Assembly: GCA_963795415.1 (NCBI GenBank)
Contig: CAWCHQ010000003.1
Coordinates: forward strand, 600,326-664,325
Length of the DNA stretch: 64,000 nucleotides
Direction of reading: 5' to 3'
Source: an uncultured Pseudomonadota bacterium
GTDB lineage: Bacteria > Pseudomonadota > Alphaproteobacteria > Acetobacterales > Acetobacteraceae
Part shown: piece after piece, positions 1 through 10,008 of the stretch
Layout: every line of letters begins with the position of its first letter
Position numbering within the stretch: position 1 is the first letter of the stretch
The notes under the pieces: model-generated
The model's input: only the letters and a program-made list of their open reading frames with translations
The model's database searches: none
What the model was told of the DNA's origin: nothing
Translations under genes and position numbers: made by a program

Positions 1-2018
1 CACACTTCCAATGTTCGGGGTCGGCGGGACAGAACGGGAAACTGCAGCGGAAACGCCGTCATGGCAGCAGCAAACCGTAAATCCCGTTCCAGAGCTGCCG
101 AACCGCTCCGCTCGACTACCTCTTCCGGTAATTCTTCGATGAAACGGCTTGGAATGCTGCTTTGCCAGTTCGCATAGACCCGGCGATTGGCCGCGTGGCT
201 GATGATGGCACGGCGGCGTGCACGAGTGATGCCCACATACGCAAGGCGTCGCTCCTCCTCCAGCCCCTTGGCACCGCCATCATCCAGCGCCCGCTGGTTG
301 GGAAAAAGCCCCTCCTCCCAGCCTGGAAGGAACACCGTATCGAATTCCAGGCCCTTGGCGCCGTGCAGCGTCATAAGAGAAACCCGGTCGCCTTCGGCAC
401 TTTCATCATTCTCCATCACCAGCGCGATGTGATCGAGAAAGCCGGGCAGCGTTTCAAAATCCGCGAGGGCTCGGATCAGCTCCTTGAGGTTCTCCAGCCG
501 TCCCGGAGCATCCGGAGACCGGTCCTTTTGCCACATCTCGGTATAACCGCTTTCATCCAGTAGCGTGGCGATGGTGACCACGTGACCATCGCGCTGCAGC
601 ATGTCGCGCCAGCGATCGAAGCCACGCAGCAGTTCTGCGACGCCCTCCTTTACCTTCCCACGCAGACCTCCGCCGGCAATCAGCTTCGCAGCCGCGTTAG
701 AAAGCGGGACACCCTCGCCCCGCGCCATCTGATGGATGGCCCGCAGGGCGGCATCCCCAACTCCCCGGCGCGGCACGTTGACGATCCGCTCAAATGCCAG
801 ATCGTCCGCCGGCTGCACCAATACTCGCATATAGGCGATGGCGTCTCGGATCTCCTGGCGTTCGTAAAAGCGCAGTCCGCCGATCACCCGGTAAGGAATC
901 CCCAGCGTAATCAGCCTCTCTTCAAAGGGGCGGGTCTGAAAGCCCGCCCGGACCAGCACGGCAACCTCGCTAAGCGACTGATCTCTGCCGCGGAAGCTTT
1001 CTATCCTTTCGCCGACCATCCGGGCCTCCTCGTCGGAGTCCCAAAGGCCGACAACCGAAACCTTTTCTCCCGCGGCCTCGTTCCTTCCGGGGCGCAGCGT
1101 TTTCCCAAGCCGCCCCTCATTATGGGCAATCAGTCCCGATGCGGCGGCCAGTATCGGTGCGGTTGAACGGTAGTTCGCTTCCAGACGGATAATCCTGGCG
1201 CCAGGAAAGTCCTTCTCAAAGCGCAGGATGTTCTCCACCTCGGCGCCGCGCCACGAATAGATCGACTGGTCATCATCGCCGACGCAGCAGATATTCCGGT
1301 GAGCCTGCGCCAGCAGCCGCAGCCACAAATACTGCACCAGGTTCGTGTCCTGGTACTCGTCAACCAGGATGTAGCGAAAGCTTCGATGATACTGCGCCAG
1401 TACGTCCGCCTGGGAGCGCAGTATCTCGGTCATATGCAGAAGCAGATCCCCGAAATCCGTCGCATTCAGCGATGCCAGGCGCGCCTGATACGCCTCATAC
1501 ACCCGACGGGCCCGGCCATCGGCAAAATCCGTGTCCTCCGTGGGCGTCACCCGCGCCGGAGTCAGTCCGCGGTCCTTCCAACGCTGGATCACGGCCATCA
1601 TCGCGGGGGGCGGCCAGCGCTTGGCGTCGATCCCCTCAGCCTCCATCACCTGCTTCAGCAGTCGATGCTGATCGTCGGCGTCCAGAATGGAGAAATTCGG
1701 AGCCAACCCGGCATACCCCGCATGCCGGCGCAACATGCGTGCGCACAACGCATGAAAAGTGCCGAGCCAGAGGCCCTCGACCGGGCGCCCAAGTATCGCG
1801 GAAACTCGTTCCCGCATCTCCCGGGCCGCTTTGTTGGTGAATGTCACCGCCAGCACCTGGCTGGGAAAGGCGCGCCCGTGCATCAATATGTGCGCAAAGC
1901 GCGTCGTCAGAACCCGCGTCTTGCCCGTGCCGGCGCCGGCGAGGACCAGCAGGGGGCCTTCCGTCGTTTCAACCGCTTCCCGTTGTTCCGCATTGAGCCG
2001 CGTTAGGTAGTCCGCCAT
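1..2018 (-). CDS. uvrD: UvrD/Rep/PcrA-family ATP-dependent DNA helicase; C-terminus lies beyond the window edge
   Basis: Minus frame is open from ATG 2018-2016 to position 1 (no stop, so absent from the ORF track). My translation gives MADYLTRLNAEQREAVE, LVLAGAGTGKTRVLT (Walker A), ILVDEYQDTN (motif II) and EEERRLAYVGITRA (motif VI). The start overlaps the metF stop (TAATG). Confidence 0.9.
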   Translation of the reverse strand, partial: MADYLTRLNAEQREAVETTEGPLLVLAGAGTGKTRVLTTRFAHILMHGRAFPSQVLAVTFTNKAAREMRERVSAILGRPVEGLWLGTFHALCARMLRRHAGYAGLAPNFSILDADDQHRLLKQVMEAEGIDAKRWPPPAMMAVIQRWKDRGLTPARVTPTEDTDFADGRARRVYEAYQARLASLNATDFGDLLLHMTEILRSQADVLAQYHRSFRYILVDEYQDTNLVQYLWLRLLAQAHRNICCVGDDDQSIYSWRGAEVENILRFEKDFPGARIIRLEANYRSTAPILAAASGLIAHNEGRLGKTLRPGRNEAAGEKVSVVGLWDSDEEARMVGERIESFRGRDQSLSEVAVLVRAGFQTRPFEERLITLGIPYRVIGGLRFYERQEIRDAIAYMRVLVQPADDLAFERIVNVPRRGVGDAALRAIHQMARGEGVPLSNAAAKLIAGGGLRGKVKEGVAELLRGFDRWRDMLQRDGHVVTIATLLDESGYTEMWQKDRSPDAPGRLENLKELIRALADFETLPGFLDHIALVMENDESAEGDRVSLMTLHGAKGLEFDTVFLPGWEEGLFPNQRALDDGGAKGLEEERRLAYVGITRARRRAIISHAANRRVYANWQSSIPSRFIEELPEEVVERSGSAALERDLRFAAAMTAFPLQFPVLSRRPRTLEV

Positions 2019-2968
2019 TATCCCTCATGGCCTGCCGCCGGCCGTACACCCAGAATATGAGCAATGGCCCGCGTGAGTTCAGGGCGGTTCAGCGTATAGA
2101 AATGGAACTCGTCCACCCCATTCGCCTCTAGCAGCCGAACCTGCTCCGCGGCGACCACCGCCGCCACGATCCGGCGCAACTCTGGATCGTCATCCCCCAA
2201 ACCTTCAAACATCCGCCCAAGCCAGTTCGGGATGCTCGCTCCGCACATCGCGCTGAACTTCACCGCCTGGGCGAAATTGGACACCGGCATGATCCCAGGA
2301 ACTATCGGCGCAGTGATTCCAGCCGCAAGACAGCGGTCGATGAACCGCAGATAAACACTTAAATCAAAGAAATAGTTCGTAATAGCTCGTGTCGCCCCAG
2401 CATCGAGTTTTCGTTTGAGGTTGTCGATATCCGCTTCCGGGTTCATCGCCTCAGGATGGGTCTCGGGGTACGCCGCTACCGAGATTTCGAAAGGTGCAAC
2501 GCGCCGCAGCCCCGCTACCAGGTCCACCGCGTAGCAATATCCCTCCGGATGCGGCTCATAGACACAGCCGGCCGGCGGATCACCGCGCAGCGCTACAATG
2601 TGCCTCACCCCCGCCTCCCAATACCGCCGCGCTACCAGATCGACGTCCTCCCTGCTCGCTCCTACGCAGGTCAGGTGCGCGGCTGGGGTTAGCCTCGTCT
2701 CCTGCAAGATACGCGATACGGTTGCGTGCGTTCGCGCCTGGGTGGACCCGCCTGCTCCATACGTCACCGAGACGAACTGCGGCTGCAAAGGCTCCAGGCG
2801 CCGAATGCAGGCCCAGAGCTGCACCTCCAGCGCCTCCGTCCGCGGAGGGAAGAACTCGAAGGATAGGTGCGGCGGGCGCGTGCCGCTTAGTGGCGCCGGA
2901 AGTCCTGCAAAACGCGGTCCGGTCAGCCAGCGCTCCAGCGTTCTGGCCGTAAAGGCATCGTGTGTCAT
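2018..2968 (-). CDS. metF: 5,10-methylenetetrahydrofolate reductase
   Basis: 316-aa ORF with SFEFFPPRT, VSVTYGAGGST and AAHLTCVG, typical of MetF. Confidence 0.9.
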   Translation of the reverse strand: MTHDAFTARTLERWLTGPRFAGLPAPLSGTRPPHLSFEFFPPRTEALEVQLWACIRRLEPLQPQFVSVTYGAGGSTQARTHATVSRILQETRLTPAAHLTCVGASREDVDLVARRYWEAGVRHIVALRGDPPAGCVYEPHPEGYCYAVDLVAGLRRVAPFEISVAAYPETHPEAMNPEADIDNLKRKLDAGATRAITNYFFDLSVYLRFIDRCLAAGITAPIVPGIMPVSNFAQAVKFSAMCGASIPNWLGRMFEGLGDDDPELRRIVAAVVAAEQVRLLEANGVDEFHFYTLNRPELTRAIAHILGVRPAAGHEG

Positions 2969-3146
2969 GCTCTCCCATCGCTGGATTTTAGCGCCGCCGC
3001 AAGCACGAAGAGTTGGTTGTGGATCGTTTTTCCCGTGCTACAAGAAACTCACGGAAAGCTTAGACAACCGGTATTCCCAATTCCGGCGGATGCCGTCAGT
3101 TGCCCGGCAGTCAGCCGCCCTGTCCTCGAGGAGAGTTTCCCGGCTC

Positions 3147-3947
3147 ATGGCCTATCCAACCCGTTCGACGCTGAGTTTACTCAGCATTAGCGCGGCTACC
3201 GTATTCCTTATGACAGGTTGCGCTACGAAGCCCCCAGCGTCCAATCCGGCTGCGGTGGCGGAATATGAGCAGACCAATGACCCGCTGGAGCCTATGAACC
3301 GGTTCTTGTACCGCGTGAACACCGCGCTTGACGATTATGTACTTCGCCCCGCGGCGGTCGCGTATGTGCACGTGCTGCCAGACGCAGTGCGCAATGTTAT
3401 CCACAACGAGCTGACCAATCTGGCCGCTCCGGTTCTGCTGGGCAATGACATCCTCGAGGCGCACCCCCGAAACGCGGGTAACACCTTTATGCGTTTCATA
3501 ATCAACACAACGGCGGGCGGGCTTGGCTTCTTCGATCCGGCGACTGGCTGGGGATATCCGAACCACGATGCCGACTTCGGCGTCACTCTGGCAATCTGGG
3601 GACTTCCGTCCGGCCCGTTTCTGTTCCTCCCCCTGCTCGGCCCAAGCAACCCGCGGGATGCCACCGGCCGAGGAGTCGATATCGTCGCTGACCCGGTTGG
3701 CCGGTTTGGTCAAGGGACAGCCGTGACCGCGGCGCATTGGGGTCACTTCGCCATCAATGTCGTCGACGCCCGCTCCAGGGTGCTCGGAGACATCTCATCG
3801 ATCAAGAAAACGGCGCTGGACCCGTACGCCACCTTCCGCAGCCTTTACCGCCAGCACCGCGACGCCCAGATTGAAGATATCCGGAACTCGAACGAACATA
3901 CCGTGCCGGCATGGTTCCCCGCACCATCCACGACCACAGGCCAATGA
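3147..3947 (+). CDS. mlaA: MlaA/VacJ family outer-membrane lipoprotein
   Basis: Internal ATG of ORF 2598..3947. Lipobox LMTGC follows MAYPTRSTLSLLSISAATVF, and NDPLEPMNRFLYRVN / FGVTLAIWGLPSGPFLFLPLLGPSNPRD match the VacJ family. Alternative start at 3090. The upstream part of the ORF is antisense to metF. Confidence 0.85.
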   Translation: MAYPTRSTLSLLSISAATVFLMTGCATKPPASNPAAVAEYEQTNDPLEPMNRFLYRVNTALDDYVLRPAAVAYVHVLPDAVRNVIHNELTNLAAPVLLGNDILEAHPRNAGNTFMRFIINTTAGGLGFFDPATGWGYPNHDADFGVTLAIWGLPSGPFLFLPLLGPSNPRDATGRGVDIVADPVGRFGQGTAVTAAHWGHFAINVVDARSRVLGDISSIKKTALDPYATFRSLYRQHRDAQIEDIRNSNEHTVPAWFPAPSTTTGQ

Positions 3948-3966
3948 TATCAGCGAGTTTACCCCT

Positions 3967-4569
3967 ATGATTTCACGACGTCTTCTACCTGCACTCGGAT
4001 TTGTTCTGCTGACGGCCCCGGCGCTCGTCCTGTCGGCAGCGGCGCAAACTGCTCCTCAGGCCAGCGACTTCGTCCAGCAGACCGGAAACGAGCTTATTCA
4101 AATCGTCAACGGGCCTGGTTCAAACGAGCAAAAGTCGCGGAAGCTGTCCCAGGTAATCGATCAGCGCGTGGACGTGGACGGGATAGCAAAGTTCGTTCTA
4201 GGCCGGTTCTGGCAAGTGGCTACGCCGGATCAGCAGAAGGAATACCTCGATCTGTTCCGCAGGGTCCTGGTCGTCAGTATCGACGCCAAGCTTGGGGAGT
4301 ACAAGGGAGTTGGATTCACGATCGGGCGAACCGTGCCACGCGAAGGCGGGGAGTTAGTGTCCACCGTAATCACACGGCCCAACCAGGCGCCGGCGAATGT
4401 GGACTGGCTCATACAGGATGTGGATGGTTCACCAAGGATCGTCGATGTGGTCGCGGAGGGAACGTCTCTCAGATTGACCCAGCGTGCCGATTACGCCTCC
4501 TTCATCGTGCATAATAATGATAGCATCCAGGCATTGCTGGCGGCGATGAAGCGTCAGGTCAGCAGCTGA
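3967..4569 (+). CDS. mlaC: MlaC/Ttg2D-family phospholipid-binding periplasmic protein
   Basis: Internal ATG of ORF 3757..4569. Signal peptide MISRRLLPALGFVLLTAPALVLSAAAQ. VDVDGIAKFVLGRFW and YKGVGF resemble toluene-tolerance Ttg2D, and the gene is adjacent to mlaA. Confidence 0.75.
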   Translation: MISRRLLPALGFVLLTAPALVLSAAAQTAPQASDFVQQTGNELIQIVNGPGSNEQKSRKLSQVIDQRVDVDGIAKFVLGRFWQVATPDQQKEYLDLFRRVLVVSIDAKLGEYKGVGFTIGRTVPREGGELVSTVITRPNQAPANVDWLIQDVDGSPRIVDVVAEGTSLRLTQRADYASFIVHNNDSIQALLAAMKRQVSS

Positions 4570-4717
4570 CAAACACTGGATTCCGGTTCGATCTATGCCG
4601 GGCCCGGTATGCACCCACCGGTGGAATTTGAAGCAGTAGAATACGATACCATAGATCACCGGGGCCCGAGCGGCCCTCGCACATATCTATCCTTCACCGC
4701 GCGGGTCCTCTCTCCCT

Positions 4718-5449
4718 TCACTGCGAGTTCAGAGGAGCCTCCGTCTCCAGCCGGTGTTCAGCCATTGGCCGCCAGGGGGCTTGCGGATCGCCCTCCGTCA
4801 ATGCCCTGCGAAACAAGCTGGCGGCTTCAGTCGTCACCTTTCCATTCGCTTCGGTGATGGCCTCCGCCGCCTCCACGGCCAGACCCGGATCGAAGCGCAA
4901 TTCAAGGGCCGTTTTCCACGCGTTCGCGGCGCCAGGCATGTCGCCTAGACGGGCCTCGGCGTTACCTAGAAGAACGTAGCCCTCCCTGGCCTTCTCCGAT
5001 TTCGGGTCCAGCCCCTTAAGCGCTCGCCGCAATTCGTCGATCAAAACCGCCTGCTCGTGGACGCGTTGAGCGAGAGCATCCATCCGGGCCCTCAGCGGCA
5101 TCGCCGGCAGTTCGGGCGAACCTCCGGTCAGATACAATAGAAGCGCGGCGCAGGGCACCATGATCAGTGCGGCCCAGAGCGCCGAGCGCGATGGAGCAGC
5201 CGGCGCGGCCTCCACAGTGTCCGCCGCCTGGAGCAGACGCCGCTGGACCTCCAGCACTGCGGCTGAGTGTTCTCGTGGTCCAATACGCCCCTCCGCGAGA
5301 TCACGGTTCAGCTCGGCCAGTTGAGCCCTATGGAGTGCAAGCGCGGCCTCACGTCGCCCTTTGGCCGAAACCCCTCGCGCCAGGCAAAGCCCCAAAGGCG
5401 CCAAAGCGATCACGGCGAGGGCCACTATAGCCGCCCAAAGGGAAATCAT
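4718..5449 (-). CDS. ccmI: Cytochrome c-type biogenesis protein CcmI/CycH (TM + TPR)
   Basis: Start taken at MISLWAAIVALAVIALAP, overlapping the ccmH stop (ATGA). Two TM segments followed by a TPR-like C-terminus. Last gene of the ccm cluster. Confidence 0.75.
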   Translation of the reverse strand: MISLWAAIVALAVIALAPLGLCLARGVSAKGRREAALALHRAQLAELNRDLAEGRIGPREHSAAVLEVQRRLLQAADTVEAAPAAPSRSALWAALIMVPCAALLLYLTGGSPELPAMPLRARMDALAQRVHEQAVLIDELRRALKGLDPKSEKAREGYVLLGNAEARLGDMPGAANAWKTALELRFDPGLAVEAAEAITEANGKVTTEAASLFRRALTEGDPQAPWRPMAEHRLETEAPLNSQ

Positions 5450-5895
5450 CACAGCAGTTCCGACAAGCGTCTTTGCTCGGCCGCCGACAGCGGCGCGGGT
5501 GGTAAAGCCCGCCGTCTGCGTGACAGCACAATCGCGAGGCCCCCAATGACTATCGCAATGCCTGGGGCAAACCACAAAACAACCGTCTGCGGCTCGAATG
5601 GCGGTCGGAGCCGGATGAAGTTGCCGTACCGGCTTACCATCCATTTGATGATCTGTTGATCGGAATCGCCGGCAACCACCCGCTCGCGAATGATACGGCG
5701 AAGGTCCCGTGCCAGATCGGCATCAGACTGCTCTACACTTTCATTTTGGCACACCAGACAGCGGAGCTGATCGCCGATCGCTTCTGCACGGTGCTCCTGC
5801 ACCGCGTTAGGTAGCATCTCAGACGGACTGGTGATCGCACGTGCTGGGACGACGAAAGCGACGGTCAGCAGCAGGAGGAGAACGGTTCGGATCAC
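5449..5895 (-). CDS. ccmH: Cytochrome c-type biogenesis protein CcmH/CycL
   Basis: 148 aa with a signal peptide, the LRCLVCQNES motif and a C-terminal TM segment. Confidence 0.9.
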   Translation of the reverse strand: MIRTVLLLLLTVAFVVPARAITSPSEMLPNAVQEHRAEAIGDQLRCLVCQNESVEQSDADLARDLRRIIRERVVAGDSDQQIIKWMVSRYGNFIRLRPPFEPQTVVLWFAPGIAIVIGGLAIVLSRRRRALPPAPLSAAEQRRLSELL

Positions 5896-6452
5896 GCTAG
5901 GGATGAAAGAAGGGGCAACAGGCTGTTCTGCACGATATCGTCTGACAGTCCCCCGGCGATGCGCTTGCGCACAATGCCGGTGCGGTCCACTACGTATGTC
6001 TCCGGTAATCCATACAGCCCAAAGTTGATGGCCGCTGATCCGGGTTCGTCGCGCGCAACCTGGACATAGGGATCACCATGTTGCTCAAGAAACTGGGCAG
6101 CGGCGTCGATCTTATCCTTGTACGCGATACCCCAGATCGGTATTCCTTGCTTTTTCAAGCCCATCAGCGCCGTTGCCTCCTCCACACACGGAATGCACCA
6201 GGACGCGAAAAAATTCACCAGCGCCGGCCGTGATCCCGCAGCCACGTCAAGGTTGGAGAACCCTTGGGATGGCGGCTGTCCAGGCAAAGAAAATTTGGGG
6301 AGGGGCTTGCCTACGAGCATGCTCGGCAACGCATGCGGGTCGTAAGTACCCTCCTGCATGCGGGCCAGCAATCCCCAGAAGCCGCCGCCCGCGGCAGCGG
6401 CAAGCACCAGGGGAGCAAGCATGATCAGTCGTCGGCGTGTCAGTGCGTCCAT
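5892..6452 (-). CDS. ccmG: Thiol:disulfide oxidoreductase CcmG/DsbE
   Basis: 186 aa with an N-terminal anchor, thioredoxin motif WCIPC and a GLYGLPETYVVD motif. Confidence 0.9.
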   Translation of the reverse strand: MDALTRRRLIMLAPLVLAAAAGGGFWGLLARMQEGTYDPHALPSMLVGKPLPKFSLPGQPPSQGFSNLDVAAGSRPALVNFFASWCIPCVEEATALMGLKKQGIPIWGIAYKDKIDAAAQFLEQHGDPYVQVARDEPGSAAINFGLYGLPETYVVDRTGIVRKRIAGGLSDDIVQNSLLPLLSSLA

Positions 6453-6458
6453 GAAGGC

Positions 6459-8420
6459 CTAAGCTGGAACGATTGATGCTGCACGTCGCGCCGGCGCGCC
6501 TACGCGCAAACGCCGATCCGCAAGTGAAAGCCCTCCTCCTGCTCCCATGATCAGTGCCCCGAGCCAGATCCAGGGGGCAAGAAAATTGACATGTAACCGC
6601 AGCACCACCTGGCCATCATGTTCATCCCCTGAGACGGTATATAAGTCGCGGATCCCATTCGTCTGTATCGCTGTATCCGCGACCGTCTGCCTCTGTGCAG
6701 CAAAACTGTGCCGGGCCGGATGAAGCAGTGCCACCAGATGGCCGTTGCGTTCGATTTTCACATCGCTGATCCGGGCTTGGTAATCGGGGCCTGGCGCGTC
6801 CCGCAATGCCAGCACCGTCCAGTCATAACCAGCAAAATGCGTCGTTTGGCCGGGGTGAACAGCCACGACCGTGCTGGCGGAAAGCGACATTCCTGCGATA
6901 CCCGCGACTGTCACTCCCATGCCGGCGTGAGCCACCGCAGCCCCCCAGACTGCAAGCGGCTGCGCAGCAAGTCGCGCGCGCGAGGCCGCGAGAGGGATGC
7001 GGAACAAACGAATGCGCTCGATCAGTTCGGCCAAGGCGCCAAGCACCAACCATGCGGCAGCAGCAAATCCAGCTGCGGCGAATGCGTGACTGATACCGAA
7101 GAAGGTGGCGAGACCAATAAGAGCTGCCAAGGCGCCTGCCCACCATAGGCGTGTCATGACCGGAAGAAGGTCAGCACGCTTCCAGGACAGCGTCGGCCCG
7201 ATGCTCATTGCGAGGAACAGCGGTGCCAGCAACGGCAGGACAGTCAGATGGAAATAGGGCGGGCCCACGCTCAGCTTCGCGTTGAACAGCAACGCGGCCG
7301 CCAATGGATAGGTCGTTCCTGTGAACACGACCGCCGCGAGCGAACACAACAGGACGTTGTTCAGCACCAGCGCGCCTTCTCGCGAGATAGGGGCAAAGAT
7401 GCCAGTTGGTGCCAGGGCCGGGGCGCGGATACCGAACAGCAGCAGGCTTCCGCCGATCACCAGCGCCAGAAGCACGAGGATGAACACGCCACGCGTTGGA
7501 TCGATCGCAAAGCTGTGCACCGAGTTAAGTATACCAGAGCGCACCATGAAGGTGCCGCAGAGCGAGAGTGAGAACGTGCTGATAGCCAGCAAAATGGTCC
7601 AGGTCTTCAAGGCGTCGCGCTTCTCAACCACAATGGCGGAATGCAACAGGGCTGTTCCCGTCAGCCAGGGAAGAAGGCTGGCATTCTCCACCGGGTCCCA
7701 GAACCAGAACCCGCCCCAGCCCAACTCGTAGTACGCCCACCACGAACCCAGTGCGATGCCGCAGGTCAGAAGACTCCAGGCGCCAAGCGTCCAGGGCCGG
7801 ACCCAGCGGCCCCAGGCCACATCAACCCGGCCCTCGAGCAGCGCCGCAACCGCGAAGGCAAACGGTATCGCGAAACCAACATATCCTGCGTAAAGAACCG
7901 GCGGGTGCATCGCGAGCCCGGGATCCTGCAACAGAGGATTGATGTTCTGCCCTTGCACCGGTGGTGGCCAAATACGCGCGAACGGGTTCGAGACCGTCAA
8001 GGTGAACAGCAGGAACCCAGCGGACGTAAAACCAAGTACGCCGATGACTCTGGCCCGCAAAGGGGAAGGCAGGTTGCGGCCGAAAGCCGCTACCGCCGCC
8101 CCGCACGCCGCAAGGATAAGGCACCAGAGTAGTACGGAGCCCTCGTGATTCCCCAGGGTACCTGTGATTTTGTAAATGAGCGGCTCGGTGCTGGATGAGT
8201 TTTCAGCGACATTGAAAACCGAGAAATCGTCGGTGATCGCGCTCCACATCAGACAGGCATAGGATGTAAGCAGCGCGATAAACTGACCCACCGCCAGTGC
8301 AGGAGCTGAGGCCATAAGCCGGGCGTCCAGCCGGGCCGCTCCCGAAATAGACAGAATTGCCTGGGCCGCAGCGATCGCAACGGCCAGGGCCAGGGCAAAA
8401 TGGCCAAGTTCTGGAGTCAT
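6459..8420 (-). CDS. ccmF: Cytochrome c heme lyase subunit CcmF
   Basis: 653 aa, polytopic, with the WWD motif WGGFWFWDPVENAS. Confidence 0.95.
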   Translation of the reverse strand: MTPELGHFALALAVAIAAAQAILSISGAARLDARLMASAPALAVGQFIALLTSYACLMWSAITDDFSVFNVAENSSSTEPLIYKITGTLGNHEGSVLLWCLILAACGAAVAAFGRNLPSPLRARVIGVLGFTSAGFLLFTLTVSNPFARIWPPPVQGQNINPLLQDPGLAMHPPVLYAGYVGFAIPFAFAVAALLEGRVDVAWGRWVRPWTLGAWSLLTCGIALGSWWAYYELGWGGFWFWDPVENASLLPWLTGTALLHSAIVVEKRDALKTWTILLAISTFSLSLCGTFMVRSGILNSVHSFAIDPTRGVFILVLLALVIGGSLLLFGIRAPALAPTGIFAPISREGALVLNNVLLCSLAAVVFTGTTYPLAAALLFNAKLSVGPPYFHLTVLPLLAPLFLAMSIGPTLSWKRADLLPVMTRLWWAGALAALIGLATFFGISHAFAAAGFAAAAWLVLGALAELIERIRLFRIPLAASRARLAAQPLAVWGAAVAHAGMGVTVAGIAGMSLSASTVVAVHPGQTTHFAGYDWTVLALRDAPGPDYQARISDVKIERNGHLVALLHPARHSFAAQRQTVADTAIQTNGIRDLYTVSGDEHDGQVVLRLHVNFLAPWIWLGALIMGAGGGLSLADRRLRVGAPARRAASIVPA

Positions 8421-8920
8421 CCGCCGGTGTGCTTGATTGTCATTGTGTCCCAGGTGCTGGCGGGCGGCGGCTTACCCGTCGCCGGGTCCCAGCGGCCGCT
8501 CGCCTTCAAAGCCTCGACAACCTCCTTGGGCATGTAATTCTCGTCGTGCTTGGCCAATACTTCGCTGGCACGAAACATGCCGCCCGGCATCACAGTGCCG
8601 ATTGCCACAATCCCCTGTCCCTCACGGAACAGATCCGGCAATACGCCTTTATAGGAAACGCTTACGGCCGCTTTGCCATCCGTCACACGGAACATTGCCT
8701 GCGGGTGACCATCTACATTCAGGTGGCGAACGCTGCCGGCCTCCACCAGACCGCCCAGCCGAAGCGTCCTGCCTGGCGTTTCCGTACTCGCCAGAATTTG
8801 CGAGGGAGAAACGAAATACACGAGGCTGCTCTGAAAAGCGGTCAGCGCCAGGGCGCTGGCCGAACCTACCCCGACGCCGCAGGCCAGCAGAAGCAACAGC
8901 CGCTTTCGCTTCCGGGTCAT
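8417..8920 (-). CDS. ccmE: Heme chaperone CcmE
   Basis: Start at MTRKRKRLLLLLACG. The C-terminus carries LAKHDENYMPKEV (heme-binding His). ATGA overlaps with both ccmD and ccmF. Confidence 0.9.
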   Translation of the reverse strand: MTRKRKRLLLLLACGVGVGSASALALTAFQSSLVYFVSPSQILASTETPGRTLRLGGLVEAGSVRHLNVDGHPQAMFRVTDGKAAVSVSYKGVLPDLFREGQGIVAIGTVMPGGMFRASEVLAKHDENYMPKEVVEALKASGRWDPATGKPPPASTWDTMTIKHTGG

Positions 8921-9054
8921 CGGCCAGGCCGCCTGCTGGTCGCTGCAAGCCGTCGCTCCGCAATCCGCATCCGGCGCCATGCGAGGTATGCATATGCGCA
9001 GGGCAGGAGAACGCCAATCCCATAGGACGCGGCAATGAACGGCAAATGCGTCAT
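8917..9054 (-). CDS. ccmD: Heme exporter protein CcmD
   Basis: 45-aa tail of ORF 8917..9651 (MTHLPFIAASYGIGVLLPCAYAYLAWRRMRIAERRL). Single TM segment, correct position between ccmC and ccmE. Confidence 0.75.
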   Translation of the reverse strand: MTHLPFIAASYGIGVLLPCAYAYLAWRRMRIAERRLAATSRRPGR

Positions 9055-9749
9055 CCGCGTGGCCGGCTCGCTTGCGAAAGCAGTATCGCCCGCAGCCGGC
9101 GCTCGTTGACCGCCGCGCGCACGCGAGCGAGGGAAATCCACATAAAGACGAGCGTATAGCCCAAGGTGGTCAGCAACAGCGGCCACAGCATGGTGATATA
9201 CATGCTGGGTGCGCCGGTAAGAGTAATGGTGTCGGGCTGGTGCAACGTGTTCCACCAATCCACGCTGAACTTGATGATCGGCAGATCTACGGCGCCCACA
9301 AGCGCCAGGATTGCGCCCGCCCGATATCCCCGCTGCGGGTTGTCGAACGCTCGTACGACGGCGATGTGGCCCAGATAGAGGAAAAACAGCACCAGGACCG
9401 AAGTGAGCCGAGCGTCCCAGACCCACCAGGTGCCCCACATCGGCTTGCCCCAAAAGCTCCCCGTCGCCAGACACATTGCGGTAAACCCGGCGCCGACCGG
9501 CCCAAGCTCGGCAGCTGCAAGATCGGCGAGCGGATGTCGCCAGATCAGTGAAATTGCGGAGCAGATGGCCAGGCCCACATAGCCCGCGGAAGCGAGCCAG
9601 GCCGCAGGCACGTGGATATACATGATACGGACCGCGTCGCCCTGCTGCCAATCAGCCGGAGCGAAGAACAAACCCCAGACCAGACCAACTGTGGTCAGCA
9701 GGATCGCTCCCGCCCCGACCCACGGAAGCACTGTCCCGGACAGACGCAT
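9051..9749 (-). CDS. ccmC: Heme exporter protein CcmC
   Basis: Part of ORF 9051..10001. WWD motif WGTWWVWDARLTS. ATG start at MRLSGTVLPW, with an alternative in-frame GTG at 9818 (VDATASIAPRRRNLQSFANPGRF). The upstream part of the ORF is REP-derived. Confidence 0.9.
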   Translation of the reverse strand: MRLSGTVLPWVGAGAILLTTVGLVWGLFFAPADWQQGDAVRIMYIHVPAAWLASAGYVGLAICSAISLIWRHPLADLAAAELGPVGAGFTAMCLATGSFWGKPMWGTWWVWDARLTSVLVLFFLYLGHIAVVRAFDNPQRGYRAGAILALVGAVDLPIIKFSVDWWNTLHQPDTITLTGAPSMYITMLWPLLLTTLGYTLVFMWISLARVRAAVNERRLRAILLSQASRPRG

Positions 9750-9926
9750 GAAGCGCCCCGGATTGGCAAAGCTTTGAAGGTTGCGCCGGCGCGGCGCGAT
9801 ACTGGCGGTGGCATCCACGGTCAATTGTCCGCGGCCTCTGTAACCCAAACCCGGCAGGGGATGAAGCTTTCCGGGTGTATCTTTGTCGTAGGATACCCGG
9901 AATCCTAAAGGAATCCAGGTTTCTTC

Positions 9927-9999
9927 CGCGCGGGGTTGGTGGGGGCGGCCGCGCGCAAACGAAAGACTCACCCAACTTCCGATGGAAGTTGGGTATACC
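9927..9999 (+). repeat. REP family A copy (about 73 bp): CGCGCGGGGTTGGTGGGGGCGGCCGCGCGCAAACGAAAGACTCACCCAACTTCCGATGGAAGTTGGGTATAC
   Basis: Same element in inverse orientation at 41219-41298 and 48834-48902. Half copies at 41491-41522 and 45863-45895. Contains the hairpin CCCAACTTCC-GAT-GGAAGTTGGG and a GCGGCCGC core. Confidence 0.85.
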
Positions 10000-10008
10000 A
10001 ACCCGGTT

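Noticed and set aside
2969-3089. SAM-type riboswitch in the metF leader
   Set aside because: There is no recognisable SAM-II/SAM-V core (no AAAGCU pseudoknot pairing). The sequence merely contains GCGCTAAAA.
2598-3146. N-terminal extensions of track ORFs (2598..3947, 3757..4569, 4718..5644, 8417..8980, 25182..26633, 26981..28330, 57811..59337)
   Set aside because: The extensions overlap upstream genes or REPs and lack homology. Internal starts give proper signal peptides or lipoboxes, or ATGA coupling.
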